From Desulfobacterales bacterium (GTDB lineage Bacteria > Desulfobacterota > Desulfobacteria > Desulfobacterales > UBA2174): DNA of 64,000 bases. Numbering within the stretch: the first letter of the stretch is position 1; the number at the start of each line of letters is the position of its first letter. The stretch spans positions 256,001 to 320,000 of the forward strand of contig CAXXWC010000018.1 in assembly GCA_963668645.2 (NCBI GenBank), in the 5' to 3' direction. Position numbers and translations under genes: made by a program. The notes under the pieces were generated by a model. That model had not been told where the DNA came from. It saw nothing but the letters and a program-made list of their open reading frames with translations, and did not search any database. Shown piece by piece: positions 20,879 to 30,953 of this stretch.

Positions 20879-22069
20879 ATGGCCAGTCACGTTACCATGC
20901 CGCAGTTTACCGATACCATGGTATCGGGTATTGTTTCTTACTGGATAAAAAGTGAAGGGGACTCGATAAGCTTGGATGAGCCGATTGCGGTTATCGAAAC
21001 CGACAAGGCAACCATGGAGATCTTATCTCCGCAAGATGGATACCTGCTTAAGATATTGGCTCAAGAAGGCGAAAGCATCGATGTCGGTGAACCGATCGCA
21101 ATCATCGGAGAACCGGGCGAGAATATCGATTCGATGCTTGGCGAAGCGGCGGAAAGTCCGGCAAAACCAGAGCAGATGGACGAAACCGGCGGGTCAACGG
21201 CAAGCAGGGTGACAAAGATCGCTTCTCCTGCTGCAAAGCGTCTTGCCAGTGAAAATAATATCGACCTGGATGAAATCGAGGGATCCGGAAAAGACGGACT
21301 GATTTCTGCAAAAGATGTCAAAGATTATATCAAAAAAAGATCTGAAAGTTCACCGGTGATTGAAAGGCAGGAAAAAGAAGCCAAGGAACATTTTCCCGGC
21401 GGCCACGTTGAAGATGAAATCATCTCTATCAAAGGGATAAGGGCGGCGATGTTCGAAAGCATGACTGCCAGTGCCAAGATCCCGCAGGTGACTACGGTGG
21501 CCCAGGCCGATATGACGGAGATCGCCCTATTTAGCAAAGAGACTTCGGTATCGATTACTTCTTTTGTCGTTAGCGCAGTGGTTGAAGCCCTGAAAAAGTT
21601 TCCGCTGATCAATTCCAGGATTGAAGGAGACTCGATCCGGCTCTTCAAGAAGATGAACATCGGGGTGGCCGTGTCCACGCCCAACGGTCTTGTGGTTCCG
21701 GTGATCAAGGATGCCGAAAATAAGCATGTCATCAGGATTTCAAAAGAAATCTCCGATCTGGCCCGGAAAGGGCGAGAGGGCAGACTTTCGCTTGATGACC
21801 TTAAGGAACGGACTTTTACTGTCACCAATTCCGGTGTTTTCGGATCGATATTTTTCACCCCGCGCATAAATCCGCCCGAGGTCGCGGTCCTGGGAATCGG
21901 TAAAATCGTTGAACAACCGGTTGTTCTAAACGGCGGTATCCACATAAGGGCGATGATGTATCTCTGTCTTTCCTATGACCACCGTGTCATCGACGGGGAG
22001 ACGGCGGTCAAATTCGTGCAGGAAATTCGCATGATGCTCGAATCGCCCAAAGAACACCAGATCGCTTGA
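20879..22069 (+). CDS. Dihydrolipoamide acyltransferase (E2)
   Basis: Lipoyl motif ETDKA, E3-binding ASPAAKRLA, catalytic DHRVIDG; ATG 20879 follows AGGAG. Confidence 0.92.
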   Translation: MASHVTMPQFTDTMVSGIVSYWIKSEGDSISLDEPIAVIETDKATMEILSPQDGYLLKILAQEGESIDVGEPIAIIGEPGENIDSMLGEAAESPAKPEQMDETGGSTASRVTKIASPAAKRLASENNIDLDEIEGSGKDGLISAKDVKDYIKKRSESSPVIERQEKEAKEHFPGGHVEDEIISIKGIRAAMFESMTASAKIPQVTTVAQADMTEIALFSKETSVSITSFVVSAVVEALKKFPLINSRIEGDSIRLFKKMNIGVAVSTPNGLVVPVIKDAENKHVIRISKEISDLARKGREGRLSLDDLKERTFTVTNSGVFGSIFFTPRINPPEVAVLGIGKIVEQPVVLNGGIHIRAMMYLCLSYDHRVIDGETAVKFVQEIRMMLESPKEHQIA

Positions 22070-22119
22070 TAATCACGATAACTCGCATGTTTTGCTGAAT
22101 ATATGTCAAGAGGTGATGT

Positions 22120-22908
22120 ATGCAATACACGGGCATAAGCGCTCTTAAAAAAAGTCAACTGATTGCAGGTAAAGTCGCCGTGGTTACCGGTGCGGCCGCC
22201 GGTATCGGCGCATCCATTGCAAAGGTCTTTGCAGGCCAGGGGGCGAAAGTCGCCATCGTGGATCTGAACTACGATCAGGCCATGAAAGTCGCAGAAGAGA
22301 TCCTTTCGAGTGGGGGAGAGGCTTTCGCCGTGAAGGCCGATATTACCAAAGATGCGGATATCGATCGTATCTTTGAGGAGACCTGGAATAAATCTGAGCG
22401 ACTGGACGTCGTGGTGAACAATGCGGGCGGGGGACTTTCCACAGGTTTTTTTGACCTGCAACTCGAAGAGTGGAAACGCATCATCGACATCAATCTTACG
22501 GCCACTTTTAGAATCTCCCAGAAGGCGGCACCGTTTTTAATTAAAAATTCGGGTGGAAGCATTATCAACGTTTCTTCCCTGGCCGGCCGCTCGTGCAGTC
22601 CTACAGCCGGTTGCCACTACACGGCTTCAAAGGCAGGGGTGCTCGGATTGACAAGGCATATGGCAAGGGAATTGGCCAAATATAACATCAGGGTCAACTC
22701 GGTGTGCCCGGGGGTGGTCAACACAGAGAGGATCGCCACCCGTGTAAAGGCCCAGAACACCATGCAGGCGATTTGCGACGCGATCCCGCTGGGCAGATTG
22801 GGTGAGGCGGAAGAAGTGGCGGGTGGTTGTCTCTTTCTGGCCTCAGATCTGTCCAGCTACATGACCGGCGCAACCCTTGATATCAACGGCGGATCATTGA
22901 TGATTTAA
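22120..22908 (+). CDS. Short-chain dehydrogenase/reductase
   Basis: TGAAAGIG, NNAG, YTASK. Confidence 0.92.
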   Translation: MQYTGISALKKSQLIAGKVAVVTGAAAGIGASIAKVFAGQGAKVAIVDLNYDQAMKVAEEILSSGGEAFAVKADITKDADIDRIFEETWNKSERLDVVVNNAGGGLSTGFFDLQLEEWKRIIDINLTATFRISQKAAPFLIKNSGGSIINVSSLAGRSCSPTAGCHYTASKAGVLGLTRHMARELAKYNIRVNSVCPGVVNTERIATRVKAQNTMQAICDAIPLGRLGEAEEVAGGCLFLASDLSSYMTGATLDINGGSLMI

Positions 22909-23117
22909 AGAGCCGTACAGCTCGCCCACCATTGCCTTTCAGGGCACCGGTTAGATTGGATCCCGCTAAAGGCGCCCAATCCGCCTGCGATAACAGCCGT
23001 CCTCCGGTGCTCCTGAAAGGCAAGCCGAGCGGCTCACGCACAAGCCGTTTGGAGTGAGCGGTCCCGACCGCCCAATCTTCGATCGGAAGCTGAAAGGGTG
23101 ATCGTCGAACTTGATAT

Positions 23118-25427
23118 TTACTGGAAGCGATCCAGATCCACCCACTCCTGCTTGATGATCGTCCACCAGTCCACCGCCAGGCCCTTGAGAACAAATTCAT
23201 ACGGTAGCCACCCATAGCCGCCGGTGCCCCAATCCGGTCCCCAGGAATTGCGGATCAAAATCGCGCCGCGGGTCGGCAGACTCCCGGGCTCGCTGTTTTG
23301 GATGATGATGCTGTCATTATAGCCGACAGCCGCCACGGCATGCCCCCCCACGGAGCGGTCCCGCAGCGAAGGGAAAGGTATTTTGCCTTCGCTGGTTTCG
23401 GCCTCGCCCATCGAATCGTACACCGTAAAACCGAACATGAGTGGATAGCCCGCCGCCAGGGATGTCTTGATTTCAAGCAGCAGAGCTTCGGGCTGAGTCC
23501 CCAGCGGGTCGAGGCGGTAGTAGCTTGCCGTTTGAAAGTTCTGGCCGAAGGCGTAGCAGAAAGCCGATGGTTCTTCGTCGAAACGCTCGGGCACGTAAGG
23601 CATGTAGCGCTCGGGCGGGACGCCGAAAAGGACCAGCGCTTCCATGGCCGTGCGCAGGTAGGCACCTGTATCGCCTTGCCAGTCGAGGAGGTTGCGCGTC
23701 ACTTTGTACAAAAATAGACGCGAGGCGTCGATGTGCTTTTGCTGGGTACGGATCTCGAAATATTCCACCAGAGAGATGGCCGCGTGGGCCGTGCAGGCGC
23801 CGATGGCCCCCTGATCCTCGACCGGAGAGCACCAGGGCCGGAGGTCGACGGCCGCGGGCGGATCCTCGGCTGCCCGCCGCAGGACCGGCGCAAGCATCTC
23901 CTTGACGGTTGGCTGGCCGGGAGCCTTGAGCTGGCGTTCGTATACGTTGTCGTAGCGAACGGAAAAATCGCGGCAGTCCGGAAGGTCTCTCACCCACCCG
24001 AAACGGTTTTCCCCGCGGATGCGTTTGATAAAGGCGTGCCTCGAGTTGCGGTCCAGGGCCCCGGGATGGGGCGGTTGAATATGCAATCGTTCAGGGGCCT
24101 GCGGGGATTTCAGATTCAAAAAGGCCGCCGGCGCGATCCGCGACATGGCCTCCAGGTCGCCGTGTGAAAAGACTTCTTTGAACTGAGCGAAATATTCTTC
24201 CAGGTGAATCAGGTCCGTAATCAGCATGACATCGAAATCCGTGCCGAAAAGGAGCCGCTCTTTCAGGATGACCTGCTCGTCAAGCATCGTTTTGACCGCT
24301 TTTAGCTTCTCCGAATCGGTGTAGCAGGCAAGGTCGGTGAAGATACGGCTTTGCGGCTTTTTCATCAGGTCGATGATTTTTTCGGCCCAGCCTTTCCCGT
24401 TGTTGCCGAAATGGGCGAAGTTGACCCGCAGGCGCGGATGGGCATCGAGGATGGCCTTCCAGTTGTCCGGATCGCCGAATTCGTTGTAGGCAGTGATTGG
24501 CGGGGGCGGAAATCCGGAGGCACTGCAATGCAGGGTGATGGGGATCTGGTTGTCTTCGCACCAGCCATAGAACCCCGGGCATAGCCTTTCCACGTCCTGG
24601 GGCGTGTAACCCAGGCGCGGGTAAAGCTTGATGCCGAAAAAGGGGCCGTTTGGGCCTACGAGGGGGGCCTCGTTGGGAAGAAAGCGCCGGCCCTTGGTCA
24701 CCACGTCCATGATGCCGATGCGCCGCGGATCCACCGCAAAAAAAGGAAAGACGCAATCCGGGTGGGCCTTGCGCAGGGCTATCAATTCCCATACCTGCTT
24801 TTCAAAGGCTTTGGACAGCTCGATCCCGTCGGTGAAAGAGGCTCTCAGCCCCTGGTCCTGGGGGCGGATGATCCCCTTGTAGATACGGTCCATTTCGGCT
24901 TCGGCGTCCGCCGGTGCCGGTCCGGCACCCAAAGCTTGCATCGCCTGCATCCGGGCCGGCAGGATTTCATCCCTTCTGCGGATCACGGCCTGTCTGAGTT
25001 CGTCGAAAAGCAGCTCGAACTCCTTGGCCGGATCTTTGACAAAGGGGCCGCGGCCTTTTGCGGCGGTGGCTTTGGGGGGCGCGGAACTGGGGTCGGCGAA
25101 CATGTAGTAGATATCCATCATCAGCGGGTAGACGATGATCGGCTCCAGGGGCTGGAAGCTTTTACGGTAGGCGTTGGTGAGCAGTTGAAAGTTTTGTTCA
25201 TAGGAATTGAAAGCCGAATCGGCCACCTCGCTGATCTGTTTGAGGATTGCGGCCAGCCAGTCCCGGATTTCCTTGCGGCGCACCCCGGCGGCGGCCCGGA
25301 GGGCTTCCGGCCGGTGGGGATAGTTGCCCCAGAGTTTGTCCCAGAGGATTTGGGCGACTTCGCTGGTCAAATAAAAAACGTTGAAAAGGTGACAATGGGC
25401 ATCGATTCGCGGCGATTGGGGCGCCAT
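23118..25427 (-). CDS. Amidohydrolase_2 domain fused to a papain-family (C1) cysteine peptidase
   Basis: N-part DAHCH, KLYP, LHCS, FAHFG, GTDF; C-part QGAIGACTAH, GGHAV, IRNSWG; AAGGAGG RBS before ATG 25427. Confidence 0.85.
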   Translation of the reverse strand: MAPQSPRIDAHCHLFNVFYLTSEVAQILWDKLWGNYPHRPEALRAAAGVRRKEIRDWLAAILKQISEVADSAFNSYEQNFQLLTNAYRKSFQPLEPIIVYPLMMDIYYMFADPSSAPPKATAAKGRGPFVKDPAKEFELLFDELRQAVIRRRDEILPARMQAMQALGAGPAPADAEAEMDRIYKGIIRPQDQGLRASFTDGIELSKAFEKQVWELIALRKAHPDCVFPFFAVDPRRIGIMDVVTKGRRFLPNEAPLVGPNGPFFGIKLYPRLGYTPQDVERLCPGFYGWCEDNQIPITLHCSASGFPPPPITAYNEFGDPDNWKAILDAHPRLRVNFAHFGNNGKGWAEKIIDLMKKPQSRIFTDLACYTDSEKLKAVKTMLDEQVILKERLLFGTDFDVMLITDLIHLEEYFAQFKEVFSHGDLEAMSRIAPAAFLNLKSPQAPERLHIQPPHPGALDRNSRHAFIKRIRGENRFGWVRDLPDCRDFSVRYDNVYERQLKAPGQPTVKEMLAPVLRRAAEDPPAAVDLRPWCSPVEDQGAIGACTAHAAISLVEYFEIRTQQKHIDASRLFLYKVTRNLLDWQGDTGAYLRTAMEALVLFGVPPERYMPYVPERFDEEPSAFCYAFGQNFQTASYYRLDPLGTQPEALLLEIKTSLAAGYPLMFGFTVYDSMGEAETSEGKIPFPSLRDRSVGGHAVAAVGYNDSIIIQNSEPGSLPTRGAILIRNSWGPDWGTGGYGWLPYEFVLKGLAVDWWTIIKQEWVDLDRFQ

Positions 25428-25836
25428 GGCAAGCCTCCTTTGACTGGTTGGGGTACAAAATATCTTCGGAAGCGGTTTTCTGGATAAAGGGCCGGAGTGA
25501 TTCAAAGCGGCGCTTCACGCGATTCGGATCAAGGTCCGGAATATTGCTGCGAGGCCCTTCAGCAGGAGAAGAGAGGAGGCGGCGATAATTACAAGAGTGC
25601 TTTGATCAGGCCGTTTTTCCGGGCAAGGGGGAGTTCCGGTCTTAATGAAGCGCCGATAACATTTTTGATATACAAAAAGGAATATCTGCTTTTAGCATGC
25701 GGTCATACGGGTGTCAAGACGACCATAGACGGTTCAATCTCTTGTGCCGGTCCGTGGTTGCGGTGTATCTTAAACCGATCGTCCATCTCCCAATCCCGCC
25801 CGCTCGAACGGGCTACCTCAATGAAAGGAGCGTCCC

Positions 25837-26418
25837 ATGAGTGCCAAGAAGATACTGATGCTCGTAGGCGACTTCGTGGAGGATTACGAGGTCATGGTGC
25901 CTTTCCAGACCCTGCTGACGGTGGGCCATACGGTCCACGCGGTCTGTCCGGACAAGCAGGCAGGCCAGACGGTGCGCACCGCGGTGCACGATTTCGAGGG
26001 AGACCAGACTTACAGTGAAAAGCCGGGCCACAACTTCGCGCTCAACGCGACCTTCGCCGAGATCAAAGCCGAGGAGTACGACGCTTTGGTGATCCCCGGC
26101 GGCCGGGCCCCGGAATACATCCGCCTCAATCCGGATGTGATCTCGATGGTGCAGCATTTTGCCCGGGCCGGAAAGCCGATCGCTGCCATCTGCCACGGGG
26201 CCCAGGTCCTGGCCGCCGCCGGCGTGCTCGGCGGCAAATCCTGCTCCGCCTACCCGGCAGTCGGTCCGGACGTGACCTGTGCGGGTGGCGCATACGCTGA
26301 CATTCCGGTAGACAAGGCCCATGTGGACGGCAACCTTGTAACGGCCCCGGCCTGGCCCGCCCATCCGGACTGGCTGGCCAAGTTTCTCAAGGTGCTGGGG
26401 ACCCGCATCGAGCCGTGA
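25837..26418 (+). CDS. DJ-1/PfpI family protein
   Basis: [18 protein letters not shown]. Confidence 0.92.
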   Translation: MSAKKILMLVGDFVEDYEVMVPFQTLLTVGHTVHAVCPDKQAGQTVRTAVHDFEGDQTYSEKPGHNFALNATFAEIKAEEYDALVIPGGRAPEYIRLNPDVISMVQHFARAGKPIAAICHGAQVLAAAGVLGGKSCSAYPAVGPDVTCAGGAYADIPVDKAHVDGNLVTAPAWPAHPDWLAKFLKVLGTRIEP

Positions 26419-26625
26419 CCGGGGGGGGGCGGCCGGCGCGGTCGTTGAAAAGTGCTTGGCCGGCTCTTGGGGGCCTGTTTCTTGGCGTATCCGGCTATTG
26501 CTCGTCCAGGGTGCCTTCCGGCGGGCGAACGGCGATGTCGCCCGCCGGGTTCTGCCGGGCATCCTAGCCGGCGCGGACCAATGCCTTCACCGCGCTGCGG
26601 GTGTAGCCGTCCGCTTCGAGGCCTT

Positions 26626-27825
26626 TTATCCGTCCAGGTTGTCCGGTCTTTCATCCGGAACCCCCAGCATGTGCAAAAGGCCGTAGAGGTTGTGGGTGGT
26701 GATCATCCCGTCGCTGTACTGCTTGAGCACTTCTTTCGGGTTGAAGGCGATGGCCAGACCGGCGTTCTGGAGCATGAAGCGGTCGTTGGCCCCGTCGCCC
26801 ACCGCCACCACCTGGTCCGGGGAAACCCTTTCCAGCCGGGCGATCTCCATGAGAATGTCGCCCTTTTTTTCCGCGTCGATGATCCCCCCGCGCAGGTTGC
26901 CGGTGACGATGCCGTTTTTGATCTCCAGTTCGTTGGCAAAGACGTAGTCGAGATTGAGGCGTTCCTTGAGGTAGTTGGTGAAAAAGGAGAAGCCGCCCGA
27001 GATGACCGCGATCTTGTAGCCCATGGTGCGCAGCACCGAGATGAGTTCCTCGGTTCCCGGGGTCAGGGTGATGGAGCGGGCCAGCAGCGCCAATTTGTCC
27101 TCCGGCAGCCCTTTCAAGAGCTTGACCCGGCTGCGGATAGCCTCGTTGAAGTCCAGGGTTCCGGCCATGGCCTCGTGGGTCATTTGGCGCACCTGCTGGT
27201 CCACCCCGGCGATCTTGGCCAGTTCATCGATAACCTCGGCTTGGATGATGGTCGAATCGCAGTCGAAGACCACCACGCGTTTGGGCTTTTCCAGCACATC
27301 GTACTCGCGCATCGACACATCCAGACCATCCATTTCCGAGTAGGCGTAGAGCTGGTCGCGGATGTGCACCAGATCGGCGACCTCGCTCATGTCGACCTTG
27401 ATTTCCATGGCGATATAGTCGCCCCGGGCGATCATCTTGATTTTTTCGATGTTGATGTGGTTTTTGGCAAGGATCGACGAAATGGACGCCACAATACCCG
27501 GGTGATCCACACCCATGACGGTCAGGATCATCAGATGTTTGTCGGTTTTGCGCCGTCCGGCCTGATAGGGTTCGGCCCGCAGTCCCAGGTCGAAATTTTC
27601 ACCCACCGGCTTCAAGGCGCTCATCATCTCATCATAGGTGCAGGCGGCCGTGCTCAGGTCGACCACCAGGAACATGGAAAAGTGGCCGCGCACCGAACGG
27701 GCATCCACGTCGACGATATTGACGTTTAACTTGGCCAGGACCTCGGTGACCGAGTGAACCAGGCCGGGACGGTCCTTGCTGACCGCGGAGATGACGTAGA
27801 GAGAGCCTTTGTCGTTTAAATTCAT
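26626..27825 (-). CDS. serB: Phosphoserine phosphatase with two ACT domains
   Basis: ACT motifs DRPGLV and DHPGIV; HAD motifs FDCDSTII, SGGF, GDGAND. Confidence 0.93.
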   Translation of the reverse strand: MNLNDKGSLYVISAVSKDRPGLVHSVTEVLAKLNVNIVDVDARSVRGHFSMFLVVDLSTAACTYDEMMSALKPVGENFDLGLRAEPYQAGRRKTDKHLMILTVMGVDHPGIVASISSILAKNHINIEKIKMIARGDYIAMEIKVDMSEVADLVHIRDQLYAYSEMDGLDVSMREYDVLEKPKRVVVFDCDSTIIQAEVIDELAKIAGVDQQVRQMTHEAMAGTLDFNEAIRSRVKLLKGLPEDKLALLARSITLTPGTEELISVLRTMGYKIAVISGGFSFFTNYLKERLNLDYVFANELEIKNGIVTGNLRGGIIDAEKKGDILMEIARLERVSPDQVVAVGDGANDRFMLQNAGLAIAFNPKEVLKQYSDGMITTHNLYGLLHMLGVPDERPDNLDG

Positions 27826-28148
27826 CGCAGGTTCGACATCCTATGGGGTATCGGTTCAGTGTGGTCCGTTTGTGAAGGCTGTTTTCAAGTGTGCCTGCTC
27901 AAGTAGCTTGATCAATCTGCGGTGTCAACGGCGTTGAAGGGGGTCGGAAGAAATTAACCAGCGGGACGGTCGGGGGCTGCTCGTGGAAGTGAGGCCCGGC
28001 TGCCCCCCAGGAGGACGGATCCGGCAGGACGGCCTCGTTCGGTCTTTCTTGCCAATCCGGGGCGATTGTGCCATGCACTGTCGGCGACAGTGCGGCCGCC
28101 GATCACCTGAACAAAGGCATCTGAAAGGGCCGCCCAAAGGAGAATCTG

Positions 28149-29333
28149 ATGAAGAGCGAAGCTATACCGGCGCCCGGCACTCTGGCGGTGTGGGCCGGTG
28201 AAGAAGAATACCTCATGGACCAGGCCACCCAGGTGCCGGTGGTCCACAGCGTTTCCTTCGGCTACAAAGATCTGGAGCAGTGGCTGGCCGTGGCCCGCGG
28301 CCAGGCCCCGGGCCATATTTACAGCCGCAACACCAATCCCACGGTGCAGGTCTTCGAAGAGAAGGTGCGCCGGCTGGAAGGGGGCGAAGCCGCCACCAGC
28401 GCCGCTACCGGCATGGCCATCATCAGCGCCACGCTCTTCGGCCTGCTGCGGCCCGGCGACCGGGTGGTCTCGGTAAAAGATACCTACGGCGGCACCCATC
28501 AGCTTTTTGCCGAATTTCTGCCCCGCTTCGGTATTCAGGCGGTGCTTTGCGACACCACCGACCACGAGGCCATCGAGGCCGAGATCGCCCGCGGCTGCCG
28601 TCTGCTTTATCTGGAAAGCCCCACCAACCCGACCTGCAAGGTGATGGATCTGGCCCGGCTGCTCGAAGCGGCAAAATCCACCTCAGCCCTGACGGTGGTG
28701 GACAACACCTTTGCCACCCCCATCAACCAGAACCCCCTGCAACTGGGCGCCGACCTCGTGCTGCACAGCGCCACCAAATACCTCGGCGGGCATGCCGACG
28801 CTCTGGGCGGGGTGGCCTGCGGCCGGCGCGACCTGATCCACAGCATTTACCATTACCGTGAAATCAACGGCGCGGCCCTCGATCCCATGGCGGCCTATCT
28901 GCTTTTGCGCGGCATGAAGACCCTCCACCTGCGGGTGCGCCAGCAAAATGCCAGCGCCCTGGCCGTGGCCCGCTTTCTCGAAACCCATCCGGCCGTGGCC
29001 CATGTCTTTTACCCCGGCCTTGAATCCCATCCGGGCCACGACATCGCCCGGCGCCAGATGCGCGGCTTCGGCGGCATGCTCAGCTTCATGCTGGCCGACA
29101 ACAGCCTGGAGGCGGTGGCCCGCTTTCTTCCCATGCTGCGTTTTGCCCACGCGGCGGCCAACCTCGGGGCGGTGGAGACCATCGTCGGCCCGCCGGCCAC
29201 CACCAGCCACGTGGAATGCTCTGCCGAGGAGCGCGCTGCCATGGGTATCCCGGAGGGGCTGATCCGATATTCCACCGGCATCGAGGAGACAGCGGATCTG
29301 ATCGCTGACCTGGATCAGGCCCTGGCCGGATGA
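28149..29333 (+). CDS. PLP-dependent trans-sulfuration enzyme (cystathionine gamma-synthase/lyase family)
   Basis: YSRNTNPT, ESPTNP, DNTFATP, HSATKYLGGH. Confidence 0.92.
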   Translation: MKSEAIPAPGTLAVWAGEEEYLMDQATQVPVVHSVSFGYKDLEQWLAVARGQAPGHIYSRNTNPTVQVFEEKVRRLEGGEAATSAATGMAIISATLFGLLRPGDRVVSVKDTYGGTHQLFAEFLPRFGIQAVLCDTTDHEAIEAEIARGCRLLYLESPTNPTCKVMDLARLLEAAKSTSALTVVDNTFATPINQNPLQLGADLVLHSATKYLGGHADALGGVACGRRDLIHSIYHYREINGAALDPMAAYLLLRGMKTLHLRVRQQNASALAVARFLETHPAVAHVFYPGLESHPGHDIARRQMRGFGGMLSFMLADNSLEAVARFLPMLRFAHAAANLGAVETIVGPPATTSHVECSAEERAAMGIPEGLIRYSTGIEETADLIADLDQALAG

Positions 29334-29476
29334 CAGCTGGCAGGGATCTATCAGAAGCACCTGACGAAAACCGCACCCCGAAAGGTTCTGGGGGCGGGTC
29401 ATCAAAAAAGAAGCCCTTGGGACATGATCTGAAAATGGTCGAACGTTCCTCATATTTTGAAGATCTGCCATCCCTC

Positions 29477-30799
29477 ATGAGCAGGGCCACAGAATTTTTC
29501 AATCTGAGGCGAAAGTGCCCGGCGAGATGCAAAAAGATCCTCGGGGGCCTCGTTTTTTGGGTGCTCCTGGGACTTCCGGCGGCCTCACCGGTCCATCCAT
29601 CGGATGTAACGGTCCATGTGGAATCGTTGACCATCCCGCTTGCCCGGCGGTATCCGGCCGGGGCAGCCATTTACGCGCGCAACGTCTGGGACTTGCAGGC
29701 ATTCGAGGGTCGCTTATATGTGGGCGGGGGAAACTGGGACAACAAAGGGCCCTCGTCCAATGCAGGGCCGGTGCCGATTCTGGCCTGGGACGCGGACAAA
29801 GGAAGGGTTGTCCAAGAAGGGGAAGTCGATGACGAAGAAATCAGCCGCTTTGAGATAATCGGCGGCAGGCTCTATATCCCGGGCGCCGATGCCTTGGAAA
29901 GCTGGAAGCTGGGCAACCTCTATAGGCGGGAAACGGATGGGCATTGGCGCAAACTGCGTACCATCCCCCGGGCCATTCATGCATTTGCCCTGACGGACTA
30001 TGGCGGCCGCCTTTACGCCGGGCTGAAGGCAACGGATACGGTCCCGTGGTATGTGGATTTTAAAGGATACGGGGCGGCCGTGGCGGTGTCCGAAAATAGC
30101 GGCAGCTCCTGGAAATTCCTGCCACTGGGAGGTTTTGGTGCTTTCGAATTCCTTCAGGTGGACGGATGCCTCTATGCAATGGACCTGACCCCGGGTCCTG
30201 GGTTGAGGCAATGGATTTCAAAACAGGATCGAGAAGCGTACTATGCACCGGCGTATGCCCTGGACCCTTCTGGATTGTGCTTTGAACGCAGGCCTGATCT
30301 CGATGCGGCCCATCTCTTCCCGGATACGCCCGAAGCCCGGGAAAGGGCCTGCTGCGTGCACCGGCCGGTATCTTTCGGCCGAAGCGCTCTTTACATTGGT
30401 GCTTGCGGCGGCCCTTTCGGACTTTACCGGGCCGGCTCCCTGCACAAGGGCAAGGTCCGTACAGCCCGCATTCCATTGCCCCCAGGAACTATCCCGCAGG
30501 ACCTGCTGATCCGCGATGGTGTGGTGTTCGTTCTGCTCCAGGGTCCTACCGATAAAAAGGGAATTCAGATCCGGGTGCTGGCCAGCCGGGATCTTGATCA
30601 ATGGTTTGATCTTTTGCGTTTTACAGCCCCTACCTTTGCCCGGTCGTTCGAGATTTTGAACGGTGATTTCTACTTCGGCCTGGGCTGTACGGTAAAGAGT
30701 CGTTCTGAATGGAATCCGGCGGAACTGCACCCGGAAACCGGCCGGCTGCTGAGGATCAAAGGTGGATATCTGCCGGCGCTACGTACTTATCTAAAATAA
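29477..30799 (+). CDS. Hypothetical exported protein, probably beta-propeller-like
   Basis: Long ORF with a hydrophobic signal-like segment and repeated GRLY(V/I/A)G motifs; start uncertain (29330/29435/29477). Confidence 0.6.
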   Translation: MSRATEFFNLRRKCPARCKKILGGLVFWVLLGLPAASPVHPSDVTVHVESLTIPLARRYPAGAAIYARNVWDLQAFEGRLYVGGGNWDNKGPSSNAGPVPILAWDADKGRVVQEGEVDDEEISRFEIIGGRLYIPGADALESWKLGNLYRRETDGHWRKLRTIPRAIHAFALTDYGGRLYAGLKATDTVPWYVDFKGYGAAVAVSENSGSSWKFLPLGGFGAFEFLQVDGCLYAMDLTPGPGLRQWISKQDREAYYAPAYALDPSGLCFERRPDLDAAHLFPDTPEARERACCVHRPVSFGRSALYIGACGGPFGLYRAGSLHKGKVRTARIPLPPGTIPQDLLIRDGVVFVLLQGPTDKKGIQIRVLASRDLDQWFDLLRFTAPTFARSFEILNGDFYFGLGCTVKSRSEWNPAELHPETGRLLRIKGGYLPALRTYLK

Positions 30800-30953
30800 T
30801 GACTTTGTTTAATACACTTGGGCATAAGATTCTCACTTTGAACGGGCATCAATCTCCTTTGATGGACTAAAGTGCCCATAGCGCTTCCGGATAATAATAA
30901 AAAGGGAACCGGGAAAACAACGCTTAGCCGGCACATACTTCCCGGCGCAACTG

